From an uncultured Oscillospiraceae bacterium (GTDB lineage: Bacteria; Bacillota; Clostridia; Oscillospirales; Oscillospiraceae): a DNA stretch of 64,000 nt. The stretch lies in the NCBI GenBank assembly GCA_964387095.1, contig CAYLVH010000001.1, positions 1,103-65,102 on the forward strand, in the 5' to 3' direction. The stretch's first letter is position 1. Every line of letters starts with the position of its first letter. Below the pieces are notes generated by a model. The model was not told the DNA's origin and did not search any database. It saw only the letters and a program-made list of their open reading frames with translations. Of this stretch, positions 1-9,884 are shown piece by piece. A program made the position numbers and the translations under genes.

Positions 1-553
1 TTTCAACCAGCGCATCCTCATCGGGGTTGATCTGGATGGCGCAGTCGCCGAAGACCAGGCGCTCCTCGGTGCCGTCAGCGTTGATTCGGTTGAGAACGAA
101 GGAGGAGGACACATTCTTGTTGCCGGGCTTGCACTTGATCAGCTGCAGGGCGGGACGGACGGTGTCCGCAGTGGAGTAAGTAGCGCCGCCCAGCAGGGCG
201 TCGGCCTTGCCCATCTTCACCAGCATGGTGCCAAAGTAGTTGGACTTCTTCAGGTTGGCAGCGCACTGCTCGGGGGTCATCTTGCCCTTACGCAGGGTGA
301 CCATGGTGTCGATCATCTCCTGAATGCCCTCGTAGTTGTCGGGGTCGATGATGGTTGCCTTGGAGATGTCATAACCGCCCTCCGCAGCAGCAGCCTTAAC
401 AGCCTCAGGCTCACCGCACAGAATGACGTCCATCAGGTCGTCCTTGATCAGGCGGTCAGTCGCATTCAGAATACGAGCATCCGTGCCTTCGGTGAAGACG
501 ATGGTGCGGCGGGTGGCTTTTAGATTAGCAATCAGCTTGTCAAACATGCTCAT
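1..553 (-). CDS. pta: phosphate acetyltransferase, N-terminal ~184 codons (C-terminal part lies beyond the window edge)
   Basis: Reverse translation from ATG at 553 gives MSMFDKLIANLKATRRTIVFTEGTDARILNA...GGATYSTADTVRPALQLIK, a Pta-type sequence. GGAGG lies at 561-566. It is absent from the ORF track because it is open at the window edge. Confidence 0.8.
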   Translation of the reverse strand, partial: MSMFDKLIANLKATRRTIVFTEGTDARILNATDRLIKDDLMDVILCGEPEAVKAAAAEGGYDISKATIIDPDNYEGIQEMIDTMVTLRKGKMTPEQCAANLKKSNYFGTMLVKMGKADALLGGATYSTADTVRPALQLIKCKPGNKNVSSSFVLNRINADGTEERLVFGDCAIQINPDEDALVE

Positions 554-614
554 GGGAATTACCTCCAGTAAAAGATAAAATTCAATAGCAGGCAGATATT
601 CTACTTGCGTTTCC

Positions 615-643
615 ATTATACACCGTTGTTTTCAATGTCTCAA
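615..643 (-). promoter_or_regulatory. candidate sigma-A promoter for pta (TTGAGA-17-TATAAT)
   Basis: On the minus strand TTGAGA is at 643-638 and TATAAT at 620-615, with a 17-nt spacer about 60 nt upstream of the pta start. Confidence 0.5.
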
Positions 644-706
644 TAAATCCGGAAAATTTTTTACGAAAAACCGGAGCACCCAGGGGGATTCTTGGGCGTT
701 TCAAAC

Positions 707-735
707 TTGTGTTTTGGGGGGATTCCTTTTATAAT
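707..735 (+). promoter_or_regulatory. candidate promoter (TTGTGT-17-TATAAT) for the flavin oxidoreductase
   Basis: TATAAT at 730-735 and TTGTGT at 707-712, with a 17-nt spacer 37 nt upstream of ATG 772. Confidence 0.4.
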
Positions 736-771
736 GGACATAAATTCACGCAAAAGAACGGAGGAGTCCAG

Positions 772-2802
772 ATGAAATACCCACGCCTGTTTACGCCCAT
801 AGAAGTCAAACCTGGATTTGTACTGAAAAACCGCCTGGTCATGCCCGCCATGCACCATTTATATACGGATCATGGATATTGCACCCGGCGGTTCAAGGAA
901 TATTATTACAAGCGTGCTCAGGGCGGCGCAGCCATGATCATCGTTGGCTCCTGCCGCTTTGATGACTACGGCGCCAAGGAGAACTCCATGTCCCTGCGCA
1001 CCGACGACACCATCCCCGGCTGGAGGGAGTTCACCGACGGCATGCACCAGCGGGACTGCAAGGTGGCCGTTCAGCTGTATCACGCGGGCCGCTACATGCC
1101 CAAGCGGGATGTGCCCTGCGGCGGGGATGCACTGGCTCCCTCCGCTGTGTACTCCTCCTACACCCGGGAGACGGCCCCTGAGATGACCGTGGCCCAGATA
1201 AAGGAGGTCATCGCCAACTGGGCAGCCGGCGCGGTCCGGGCCAAGAAGGCCGGCTTCGACGCAGTGGAAATCCTGGGTTCCGCCGGTTACCTGATTTCCC
1301 AGTTCCTATCCCCCGTCACCAATCTCCGCACCGATGAGTATGGGGGAAGCTGGGAGAACCGCTGCCGCTTCCCCCTGGAGGTCATCCGGGCCGTCCGGCA
1401 GGCGGTGGGGCCGGAGTATCCCCTGATTTTCCGCCTGGGCGCCAAGGACTTTATCCCCGGCTCCAACGGGACGGTGGAGGCGGGTGCCTTCGCCAAGCTG
1501 GCCCAGGAGACGGGGATTGCCCTGTTCAATGTCACCGGCGGGTGGCACGAAACCAAGGTCCCCCAGCTCCCTGGTGAGGTGCCCAGAGGGGGGCTGAGCT
1601 ATCTGGCCCGGGAGATCAAGAAGCAGGTCACGGTCCCTGTGATCATGTGCAACCGGATCAATGATCCCGCTGTGGCTGAGGAAATTCTGGCCCTAGGCCG
1701 GGCGGATATCATCGGTATGGGCCGTCCCCTGCTGGCGGACCCTGATTTCCCCAACAAGGCCAAGGAGGGCAAGGCGGAGCTGATTCGCCGCTGTGTGGCC
1801 TGCAATCAGGGCTGCCTGGCAAACACCTTCTTTGACCAGCCGGTGAAGTGCCTGGTCAACGGCCTTTGCGGCCGGGAGCATGAGCTGCCCCAGCTGCCGG
1901 CAAAGCAGCCCAAAAATATTCTGGTGGTGGGCGGCGGCCCCGCCGGCTGCGAGTTTGCCATTCGGGCGGCCCAGCGGGGGCATAAAATTACCCTGTGGGA
2001 GAAGTCCTACCAGTTGGGCGGGCAGCTGCGCCTTGCCGCCAAGTGTCCGGCTAAGTATGAGTTTGAATCCCTGCTCTCCTATTATCAGGCCATGCTGGAA
2101 GCGCTCCCGGTGGAGGTGTGCCTGGGCAAGGAAGCCACCCCGGAGAAGATCCAAGCCGCAGACTTTGAGGAGGTTGTCATCGCCATGGGCGGCAACCCCA
2201 ATCACACGGAGCTACCGGTTGCCAGCGGCGGGGATATGACCATTTGCACGGGAACCCAGGTCCTAAACGGCGATGTGATACCCGGCCAGAATGTGGTGGT
2301 CATTGGCGGCTCCTTTGTGGGCTGCGGCGTGGCCCACTACCTGGTCCGCCGGGGGAGCATCTCCCCGGACCAGCTGTTCTATCTGGCCGCCTACAAGGGC
2401 GAGAGTATGGAAACCCTGAACACCATGCTGAACCAGACCGACCGGAAGGTGACCCTGATTGAGCAGGACCCCAAAATCGGCACCGGCTTTGAGCCCGGCA
2501 CCAGCTGGCCCACCCTGATGGACTTGAGCCGTCTGGGGGCGGAGCAGTGGAAGAACAGCAAGGTAACCTCTATTCACAAGGGGGGCGTTACGGTGGAACG
2601 CACCGGCAAAGAGGGCGGCGTTACGGTGGTGGAAGTCCCCTGCGACACCGTGGTGGTGGCCTCCGGCGTCCACCCCGACGATGCGCTGGAGCAGGCCGTC
2701 CGCGCCCTGGGGATTCCGGTGACGGCCATTGGCAACGCTAAGCAGCTGGGCAGGGCCATCTCCGCCATCGGCATGGCCACGGAACTCGGCCTAACCATCT
2801 GA
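772..2802 (+). CDS. NADH:flavin oxidoreductase of the 2,4-dienoyl-CoA reductase / enoate reductase type (OYE barrel + Fe-S + FAD/NAD(P) domains)
   Basis: ORF track 709..2802; I moved the start to ATG 772 (MKYPRLF), 6 nt after GGAGGAG. It has the OYE-type QLYHAGR motif, the Cys motif CVACNQGC, and the dinucleotide folds VVGGGPAGCE and VIGGSFVGCG. Confidence 0.85.
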   Translation: MKYPRLFTPIEVKPGFVLKNRLVMPAMHHLYTDHGYCTRRFKEYYYKRAQGGAAMIIVGSCRFDDYGAKENSMSLRTDDTIPGWREFTDGMHQRDCKVAVQLYHAGRYMPKRDVPCGGDALAPSAVYSSYTRETAPEMTVAQIKEVIANWAAGAVRAKKAGFDAVEILGSAGYLISQFLSPVTNLRTDEYGGSWENRCRFPLEVIRAVRQAVGPEYPLIFRLGAKDFIPGSNGTVEAGAFAKLAQETGIALFNVTGGWHETKVPQLPGEVPRGGLSYLAREIKKQVTVPVIMCNRINDPAVAEEILALGRADIIGMGRPLLADPDFPNKAKEGKAELIRRCVACNQGCLANTFFDQPVKCLVNGLCGREHELPQLPAKQPKNILVVGGGPAGCEFAIRAAQRGHKITLWEKSYQLGGQLRLAAKCPAKYEFESLLSYYQAMLEALPVEVCLGKEATPEKIQAADFEEVVIAMGGNPNHTELPVASGGDMTICTGTQVLNGDVIPGQNVVVIGGSFVGCGVAHYLVRRGSISPDQLFYLAAYKGESMETLNTMLNQTDRKVTLIEQDPKIGTGFEPGTSWPTLMDLSRLGAEQWKNSKVTSIHKGGVTVERTGKEGGVTVVEVPCDTVVVASGVHPDDALEQAVRALGIPVTAIGNAKQLGRAISAIGMATELGLTI

Positions 2803-2850
2803 TGAAGCAGGCGTGCTTGGGGTTATCTCTACTAGAAAGAAGCGGTTCTC

Positions 2851-3591
2851 TTGTTTTCCAATCGTGATTTACGCAATCTGTTGATTCCCCTGATGCTGGA
2901 GCAATTCCTGTCCAGCTTCATGGGAATGGCGGACACCATGATGGTAACCCGGGTGGGGGATACGGCCATCTCCGCCGTGTCCTGCGTGGACTCGGTGAAC
3001 ACCCTGATGCTTTACCTCTTCTCCACCCTGGGCACCACCGCCATCGCGGCCCAGGCCATGGCCTACATGACGGATAATTTCCAGTCGATGCCAAGCCAGG
3101 CCGTGGGCTTGGCAATTCTGACGGTGGTGGGCCAGTGCCTGGGTTCAGGCCGAACAGACGAGGCCAAGGCCAACACGAAAAATGTGTCTGGTGTCAGAGG
3201 CCATGCTGGTGACCATGGGTGTGCTGGTTATGCTGGCGGCGCGGCCTGCCTGTGTGCTCTCCGGCCTGAGCGCCGAGGCCACAGATCTCACCGTCCGGCT
3301 GATGCTCTACATCACCATTGCCAAGGTCTGTATGTGGGTGTTGGCCTTCTCTCTGCCCAACTGCTTGCGGGCCTCAGGGGATGTGGCCTTTACCGCCGCT
3401 GTCTCCGGCATTTCTATGTGGGCCTTCCGGGTGGGCCTGTCTCTGCTCCTGTGCCGGGTTCTGGGTGTGGGCCTGGTGGGGGTCTGGATCGCCTGGTTCA
3501 CCGACTGAGCCGTGCGGCTCTGCTTCTATGTACTCCGTTATCGGTCAGGAAAGTGGTTGACAAAGCATGTGCTGTGTCTGAATACTTATAA
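2851..3591 (+). pseudogene. MATE-family efflux transporter remnant (internal deletion + frameshift + nonsense codon)
   Basis: A MATE N-terminus (FSNRDLRNLLIPLMLEQFLSSFMGMADTMMV) is fused to second-lobe sequence (AIGLAILTVVGQCLGSG). The frame breaks at the A5 run 3178-3182. An in-frame TGA at 3506-3508 sits inside WFTD-stop-AVRLCFYVLRYRSGKW. Total length is ~740 nt against ~1350 nt expected. Confidence 0.8.
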
Positions 3592-3599
3592 ACAGAGGT

Positions 3600-3630
3600 G
3601 CGCAGAACGTAACCCGTTCTGCGCTCTTTT
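3600..3630. terminator. bidirectional intrinsic terminator between the MATE remnant and the MBL gene
   Basis: A perfect 10-bp stem GCGCAGAACG / CGTTCTGCGC (3600-3609 / 3615-3624) is followed by TCTTTT. Confidence 0.75.
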
Positions 3631-4612
3631 ACACCGCGATATAATGCCGGTTCCCAGCTCCGCCCTCCTCCCGCTTCACCAGGTTCCGTGCCATGAGATA
3701 TTCCAAATGGGCCAGGCACTCCCCAACGGCAAACCATCTCTGGGAGGGCGGGAACTCCGCCCAGCTCCGGGCGCGGATCCGCCAGGTCATCTGCCCGGCC
3801 AACTGATAGGCATTCAGCCCGGGCTGCTCCTTCACCAGCCGGTACACCTCCTCCAGGCGGCGTTCATGGTGGAGGAACAGCTGATCTACCCGCCGGCCCA
3901 ATTCTCCCCTGCCCCGGTGCCCCGGCAAGGCCAGGGCCCCTTCATACCGGCGAATCTGGCTCAAGCTGTCCAAGTAGGCCCCCAACGCGTCCTCCATAGT
4001 GGGCCAGGAAGTGATGTTGGGGGTGATGTCAAAGAGCACATGGTCTCCGGTCAGCAGGATCCCCTGCTCCTCCAGCCAGAAGCACATCTGCCCCGGCGTA
4101 TGGCCGGGCATCAGTAGCGGCTGGAGGCGAAATTCCCCCGCCTCCAACAGCATCTCCTGGGTCAGGGGGCGGTAACGGTCCGTGGGGGCAGGAGACAGGG
4201 CTTGGGCAGGATCGCTCTGTGCCCGGTGGTCCAACTCCTCCTGGGAAAAGCCCTCGGCCCCATAGATACGGCTGGTTATGGCGAAGTAATCCTCGGCTGT
4301 GCCCATGCCTTGCAGCTCTTGAAGATCCGGTTCGCTGAGGTAGATCACTCCCCCACCGGTGACTACCTCCGGAGCCAGGCCGGAATGATCCGCATGAAGG
4401 TGGGTCAGCACAACATCCAACTCCTCCCGGGGGACCTGAAGCGCTTCCAGCGCGCCAAGCAGCGTCTGGCGGCAGGCCTCCAGGCGAAAGCCCGTGTCAA
4501 CCAGCAGGCTGTGGCCGCTGCCCCGGAGCAGGTAGCTGTTCAGCTCCTTTAGGGGGTTGTTCGGCAGCGGGATGGGGATCCGATACAGATTCGGGCGGAT
4601 TTCTTCGATCAT
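3629..4612 (-). CDS. MBL-fold metallo-hydrolase
   Basis: 327-aa ORF with the metallo-beta-lactamase motif THLHADHSG and downstream His/Asp ligands (MPGHTPG, TGDHV). Confidence 0.8.
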   Translation of the reverse strand: MIEEIRPNLYRIPIPLPNNPLKELNSYLLRGSGHSLLVDTGFRLEACRQTLLGALEALQVPREELDVVLTHLHADHSGLAPEVVTGGGVIYLSEPDLQELQGMGTAEDYFAITSRIYGAEGFSQEELDHRAQSDPAQALSPAPTDRYRPLTQEMLLEAGEFRLQPLLMPGHTPGQMCFWLEEQGILLTGDHVLFDITPNITSWPTMEDALGAYLDSLSQIRRYEGALALPGHRGRGELGRRVDQLFLHHERRLEEVYRLVKEQPGLNAYQLAGQMTWRIRARSWAEFPPSQRWFAVGECLAHLEYLMARNLVKREEGGAGNRHYIAV

Positions 4613-4734
4613 AGCGGTTACCTCAGTTTCTTTTTTATACCCGCCATATTAGCAAACAGGGGTTTTTGTGTCAAGGGAAGCCCAGATTTCCGGAGGATTG
4701 CGCCGGTTTTTCACATATTTTCCCAATAAACCTT

Positions 4735-4763
4735 TTGACAAGGATGAGAAAATGTATTACAAT
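4735..4763 (+). promoter_or_regulatory. sigma-A promoter TTGACA-17-TACAAT for the hisS-aspS leader
   Basis: TTGACA at 4735-4740 and TACAAT at 4758-4763, with a 17-nt spacer. Confidence 0.7.
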
Positions 4764-4769
4764 GCTTTT

Positions 4770-5020
4770 ACCGTGCAGAAACCGCATGAGTATCCTACAC
4801 ACCCCCGGACAGAGAAGCGGGCCCGTGGCTGAAAGCCTGCGGCGGGAAGGAGCGGGAGAAAGACGGCGGCGGAGCGGGGCCAGAGACGGCCGCGGTTCCC
4901 TTCCCGCAACAGAAGGCCAAAAGGATTTCCGCCCTGCGGAAATTGAATTTGGGTGGCACCACGAAAGCAAACCTGCCTTTCGTCCCAAAGCTGTTTTGGG
5001 AGGACGGCGGGTTTTTATTA
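4770..5020 (+). promoter_or_regulatory. T-box riboswitch leader of hisS-aspS
   Basis: AGAGA at 4811-4815, the T-box sequence AATTTGGGTGGCACCACG at 4946-4963, and an imperfect long terminator stem (about 4970-5013) followed by GTTTTTA. Confidence 0.8.
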
Positions 5021-5066
5021 TCCCAAGCCAGCAACCATTTTCTTCTTTTGAAAGGACTGAATGCTT

Positions 5067-6419
5067 ATGATCAAACCCCGCACGCTATCCGGTTTTATGG
5101 AGAACCTTCCGGCGCCCCAGGTGCAGATGGAGCTGATGATGGAGATTCTCCGCAAGACCTACTCCCTCTACGGCTTCACCCCACTGGACACCCCCATCAT
5201 CGAGGATGCGCAGATCCTCTTGGCCAAGGGCGGAGGAGAGACGGAAAAGCAGATCTATCGCTTCACCAAGGGCGACTCCGATCTGGCCCTGCGCTTTGAC
5301 CTGACGGTGCCCCTGGCCAAATACGTGGCCATGCACTATGGGGAGCTGACCTTCCCCTTCCGCCGCTACCAGATCGGCAAGGTATACCGGGGCGAACGGC
5401 CCCAGAGAGGCCGGTTCCGGGAATTCTATCAGGCAGACATTGACATCATCGGCGATGGCCAGCTGGATATCCTGAATGAGGCCGAAATTCCCTCCATCAT
5501 CTACAAGACCTTCACGAACATGGGCCTGAAAAAGTTCCAAATCCGCGTGAATAACCGCAAAATCCTAAACGGCTTCTACGCCATGCTGGGCCTGAGCCAA
5601 AGCGCCGCCGAGATCATGCGCACCGTGGACAAGCTGGATAAGATCGGTGAGGAAAAGGTCAAAGCCTGCCTGACAGAGGATGTGGCCGTCCCTGAGGAGG
5701 CCGCGGACGAAATTCTGAAGTTCATCGCCATAAAGGGCAGCAATGCCCATGTGCTGGCCGCCTTGGAGGGCTATCGTGGCAAGAACGAGATGTTCGATAC
5801 CGGCCTGGATGAGCTGGCCACCGTGGTAAAGTACCTGGCCGCCTTCGGCGTGCCGGAGGAGAACTTCGCCGTGGATCTGACCATCGCTCGGGGCCTGGAT
5901 TATTACACCGGCACCGTCTACGAGACCACCATGACCGATCATCCCGAAATCGGCTCCATCTGCTCCGGCGGCCGTTACGACAACCTGGCCGAGTATTACA
6001 CCAACAAAAAACTGCCCGGCGTGGGCATCTCCATTGGCCTGACCCGCCTGTTCTACGTCCTGGGTGAGCAGAATTACTTGAACGACGCGCTGCCCACCGC
6101 CCCCGCTGACGCGCTGATTCTCTCCATGACCGACGACCTGACCGTGGCCATCGGCTTTGCCACCGCCCTCCGGGCCAAGGGCGTCCGCGCCCAGCTGCAC
6201 GCTGAGCCAAAGAAGTTCAAGGCCAAGCTGAACTACGCCAACAAGCTGGGCATCCCCTTCGTGGTGATGCTGGGCGAGGATGAGATCAATTCCGGCGTCT
6301 ATACCGTCAAGAACATGGCCACTGGCGAGCAGCAATCCCTGCCCCCGGAGGAGGCCGTCCAGCTGATTGCCGGCGCCATCCAGGCCAGCAGGCAAATCAA
6401 GGTCATTCAGGACCAGTAA
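5067..6419 (+). CDS. hisS: histidine--tRNA ligase
   Basis: ORF track 5061..6419. MIKPRTLSGFMENLP...RYQIGKVYRGERPQRGRFREFYQADID is a class II HisRS. ATG 5067 sits 10 nt after AAAGGA; ATG 5061 is the alternative start. Confidence 0.9.
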   Translation: MIKPRTLSGFMENLPAPQVQMELMMEILRKTYSLYGFTPLDTPIIEDAQILLAKGGGETEKQIYRFTKGDSDLALRFDLTVPLAKYVAMHYGELTFPFRRYQIGKVYRGERPQRGRFREFYQADIDIIGDGQLDILNEAEIPSIIYKTFTNMGLKKFQIRVNNRKILNGFYAMLGLSQSAAEIMRTVDKLDKIGEEKVKACLTEDVAVPEEAADEILKFIAIKGSNAHVLAALEGYRGKNEMFDTGLDELATVVKYLAAFGVPEENFAVDLTIARGLDYYTGTVYETTMTDHPEIGSICSGGRYDNLAEYYTNKKLPGVGISIGLTRLFYVLGEQNYLNDALPTAPADALILSMTDDLTVAIGFATALRAKGVRAQLHAEPKKFKAKLNYANKLGIPFVVMLGEDEINSGVYTVKNMATGEQQSLPPEEAVQLIAGAIQASRQIKVIQDQ

Positions 6420-6467
6420 ACGCCTTTCCCTTGGCTTCCCTAAAATAAAAGTAGAATTGAGGTAACG

Positions 6468-8276
6468 ATGATGTTCCAATCCAGAACCCATACCTGCGGC
6501 GAACTCCGCCTTGCCAACGCAGGTGAAACTGTCACCCTTGCCGGATGGATGGAAAACCTCCGGGAGGTGGGCAGCAACTTTGCCTTCCTGGTGCTCCGTG
6601 ATTTTTACGGCACCACCCAGGTGGTCATTGAAAATGAAGAAATGATGTCCGTGGTAAAACCCCTGAACAAGGAGTCCACCATCTCCGTCACCGGGGTCGT
6701 CCGGGAGCGGGAGAGCAAGAACCCCAAGCAGGCCACCGGCGAGATCGAGGTGGTCCCCTCCCAGATCAAGGTGCTGGGCCGCTGCCGGTACAACGAGCTC
6801 CCCTTCGAGATCAACCGCTCCCGGGAGGCCGATGAAACCCAGCGCCTGAAGCACCGCTATCTGGACCTGCGCAACCCCGCGGTCAAGAACAACATTATCC
6901 TGCGCTGTAATGTGGTCTCTGCCCTGCGCCAGGCCATGACTGAGCACGGCTTCCTGGAGATCACCACCCCCATCCTCACCGCCTCCTCCCCTGAGGGCGC
7001 CCGGGACTATCTGGTTCCCTCCAGAAAGCACCCCGGCAAGTTCTATGCCCTGCCCCAGGCCCCCCAGCAGTTTAAACAGCTGCTGATGGCCGCCGGCTTT
7101 GACCGCTATTTCCAAATCGCCCCCTGCTTCCGGGACGAGGACGCCCGGGGCGACCGCTCCCCCGGCGAATTTTACCAGCTGGATATGGAGATGGCGTTCG
7201 CCTCCCGGGAGGACGTCTTTGCCGTCCTGGAGGACGTGCTTCCTCCCATCTTCGCCAAGTACGGCATCTACAACATGGCCTCCACCGCACCCTTCAAGCG
7301 CATTCCCTATCTCCAGGCCATGGAGGACTACGGCTCTGACAAGCCGGACCTGCGCATTGACCTAAGGGTGAAGGATGTCACCCAGCTGCTGTCCGGCATC
7401 GGGTTTGGCCCCTTCCAGGGGAATGTGGTGAAGGCGGTCCCGGTCTCCAACTGCAAGCTGGCCCGGAAAGCCATTGACAAGCTCTGCACCCAGGTGGAAG
7501 TCCAAGCCGGGTCAAAGCCCTACTGGTTCAAGACGGACGAGAAGGGCGCCATTGCCGGCGGCATTGCCAAGTTTATCAATGCGGACCCCGCAATGGTTGA
7601 GGCAGTCACCAAGGCCTTGAACCTGGAGCCAAACACCCTGGTGTTCCTGTCCTCCGGCAAGCCGGAGGCGGCCCAGAAGACCGCCGGCGTCATGCTTAAA
7701 ATGCTGGGCGCCGCCTGCGAGGGGCACATGGACAAGGAGCGCTATGAATTCTGCTGGATTGTGGATTTCCCCATGTACGAGATCGGTGAGGAGTCTGGCC
7801 AGCTGGAATTCTGCCACAACCCCTTCTCCATGCCCTCCGGCGGCATGGAAACCCTGCTGAAGGCAGAGCGGGGGGAGATTGATCCCCTGTCCATCACGGC
7901 GGACCAGTATGACCTGGTGTGCAACGGTGTGGAGCTGTCCTCCGGCGCCGTCCGGAACCACGATCCAGAGATTATGATCAAGGCCTTTGAGATGGTCCGC
8001 CTGGGGGAGGATGATGTGAAGGCCAAGTTCCCCGCCATGTACAATGCCTTCTGCTACGGCGCACCTCCCCACGCGGGCATCGCCCCTGGCGTGGACCGCA
8101 TGATCATGCTGCTTTCTGGCGAGGAGTCCATCCGGGAGGTCATCACATTCCCCATGAACAAGAACGCCCAGGACCTGATGATGGGCGCACCCTCCACCGT
8201 GGAACAGTCCCAGCTGGACGAGCTGCACATTGCGGTGGTGGAGGAGCCTGAGGAATCCCCGGCAACCGAAAAATAG
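6468..8276 (+). CDS. aspS: aspartate--tRNA ligase (bacterial long type)
   Basis: 602 aa with an OB-fold N-terminus, FYALPQAPQQFKQLLM, CFRDEDARGDRSPGEFYQLDME and GAPPHAGIAPGVDR. It lies 48 nt after hisS. Confidence 0.92.
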   Translation: MMFQSRTHTCGELRLANAGETVTLAGWMENLREVGSNFAFLVLRDFYGTTQVVIENEEMMSVVKPLNKESTISVTGVVRERESKNPKQATGEIEVVPSQIKVLGRCRYNELPFEINRSREADETQRLKHRYLDLRNPAVKNNIILRCNVVSALRQAMTEHGFLEITTPILTASSPEGARDYLVPSRKHPGKFYALPQAPQQFKQLLMAAGFDRYFQIAPCFRDEDARGDRSPGEFYQLDMEMAFASREDVFAVLEDVLPPIFAKYGIYNMASTAPFKRIPYLQAMEDYGSDKPDLRIDLRVKDVTQLLSGIGFGPFQGNVVKAVPVSNCKLARKAIDKLCTQVEVQAGSKPYWFKTDEKGAIAGGIAKFINADPAMVEAVTKALNLEPNTLVFLSSGKPEAAQKTAGVMLKMLGAACEGHMDKERYEFCWIVDFPMYEIGEESGQLEFCHNPFSMPSGGMETLLKAERGEIDPLSITADQYDLVCNGVELSSGAVRNHDPEIMIKAFEMVRLGEDDVKAKFPAMYNAFCYGAPPHAGIAPGVDRMIMLLSGEESIREVITFPMNKNAQDLMMGAPSTVEQSQLDELHIAVVEEPEESPATEK

Positions 8277-8319
8277 CCCGCAAGACCTGGTTTTGGGGCA
8301 TGACCGTATAAAAACAACT

Positions 8320-8349
8320 GCCGCCCATCGGATTTTTCCGATGGGCGGC
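8320..8349. terminator. bidirectional terminator between convergent aspS and asnS
   Basis: 12-bp stem GCCGCCCATCGG / CCGATGGGCGGC with an ATTTTT loop. It is flanked by AAAAAC on the left and TATTATATTTA on the right. Confidence 0.85.
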
Positions 8350-8379
8350 TATTATATTTATCTCCATCTAGCTGTTCCG

Positions 8380-9774
8380 TTAAAACTCCGCGTTACCCAC
8401 AGTTCTGGGATGGGGCAGCACATCCCGGATATTGGAGACACCGGTGAGATACATGACCATGCGCTCAAAGCCCAGTCCATAGCCCGCGTGCTTGCAGCCG
8501 CCGTAACGGCGCAGGTCGCAGTAATACTTGTAGTCCTCCACCTTCATGCCCAGCTCTTCAATGCGGGACTCCAGCAGCTCCAGGCGCTCCTCGCGCTGAG
8601 AGCCTCCGATGATCTCCCCGATGCCAGGCACCAGGCAGTCTGCGGCGGCCGCAGTCTTTCCGTCGTCGTTCAGGCGCATATAGAAGGCCTTGATCTCCTT
8701 GGGATAGTCGGTGACAAACACGGGACGGTGGAAAATCTCCTCGGTGAGATAGCGCTCGTGCTCCGTTTGCAGGTCACAGCCCCACTCCACCGGGAAGTCG
8801 AACTGATGGCCGGATTCTTGGAGCAGCTTGACTGCATCGGTATAGGTGATGCGGCCAAATTCAGAGGCGGCCACATGGCTCAGGCGCTCCTTCAGGCCCT
8901 TATCCACAAAGGAGTTGAAAAAGTTCATCTCATCCGGGCACTGCTCCATGGTGTAGTTGATGATAAACTTGACCATGGCCTCTGCGGTGTCCATATAGTC
9001 GTTCAGATCGGCAAAGGCCATCTCCGGCTCGATCATCCAGAACTCAGCGGCATGGCGCTGGGTGTTGGATTTCTCGGCGCGGAAGGTGGGGCCGAAGGTG
9101 TAAACATTGCCGAAAGCCATGGCGAAGTTCTCGGCGTTCAGCTGGCCAGAAACAGTCAGGCTGGTGGGCTTTCCAAAGAAGTCCTGGAAGTAGTCCACAG
9201 AGCCATCCTCCAGGCGGGGCAGGTTGTCAGGGTCCAGGGTGGTGACCCGGAACATCTCCCCGGCGCCCTCGCAGTCAGAGGCGGTAATGATGGGGGTGTG
9301 GACATAGACGAAGCCCCGCTCCTGGAAGAACTTGTGGATGGCATAGGCTGCCACAGAGCGGACCCGGAAGGTGGCGGAGAACAGGTTGGTTCTGGGGCGC
9401 AGATGCTGGATGGTGCGCAGGAATTCCACAGAGTGCCGCTTCTTCTGCAGGGGGTAATCCGGCGTGGAGGGGCCCTCCACGGCCACGGCGGAGGCCTTTA
9501 GCTCCAGGGGCTGCTTCGCCCCTGGGGTCAGGGCCACAACCCCCTCCACCACCAGGGCGCAGCCTACGTTCTGCTTGACAATCTCCTTGTAGTTTTCCAG
9601 CTTATCAATTTCGATGACCACCTGTAGGTTTTTGAAGCAGGAGCCGTCGTTCAGCTCGATGAAGCCGAACTTCTTCATGTCACGGATGGTTCTGGCCCAG
9701 CCGCAGATGGTGACCGTCCGGCCGCCATAGATCTCCTCGTCCGCGTAAATCTGAGAAATCGTTGTGCGTTTCAA
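8380..9774 (-). CDS. asnS: asparagine--tRNA ligase
   Basis: 464 aa, [45 protein letters not shown]...[13 protein letters not shown]. The start is TTG at 9774 with GAGAGGGA upstream. Confidence 0.9.
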   Translation of the reverse strand: MKRTTISQIYADEEIYGGRTVTICGWARTIRDMKKFGFIELNDGSCFKNLQVVIEIDKLENYKEIVKQNVGCALVVEGVVALTPGAKQPLELKASAVAVEGPSTPDYPLQKKRHSVEFLRTIQHLRPRTNLFSATFRVRSVAAYAIHKFFQERGFVYVHTPIITASDCEGAGEMFRVTTLDPDNLPRLEDGSVDYFQDFFGKPTSLTVSGQLNAENFAMAFGNVYTFGPTFRAEKSNTQRHAAEFWMIEPEMAFADLNDYMDTAEAMVKFIINYTMEQCPDEMNFFNSFVDKGLKERLSHVAASEFGRITYTDAVKLLQESGHQFDFPVEWGCDLQTEHERYLTEEIFHRPVFVTDYPKEIKAFYMRLNDDGKTAAAADCLVPGIGEIIGGSQREERLELLESRIEELGMKVEDYKYYCDLRRYGGCKHAGYGLGFERMVMYLTGVSNIRDVLPHPRTVGNAEF

Positions 9775-9884
9775 AATAAATCCCTCTCAATCATATTAGA
9801 ATGGAACTGCTCAGGGGCCATGGGCAGCAAATAGGGTATCAAGCTTCCTGCGCATAGCAGCACTCCGCTCTGCTATATGCATAG

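Noticed and set aside
5565-7115. 516-aa minus-strand ORF overlapping hisS and aspS
   Set aside because: It lies entirely antisense to two unmistakable tRNA synthetase genes. Its composition (Gly/Leu/Gln/His/Val-rich, low complexity) is typical of shadow frames in high-GC DNA, and it has no RBS.
8230-9501. 423-aa plus-strand ORF opposite asnS
   Set aside because: It is an antisense shadow of asnS with no RBS and no recognisable domain, and it starts inside the aspS C-terminus.
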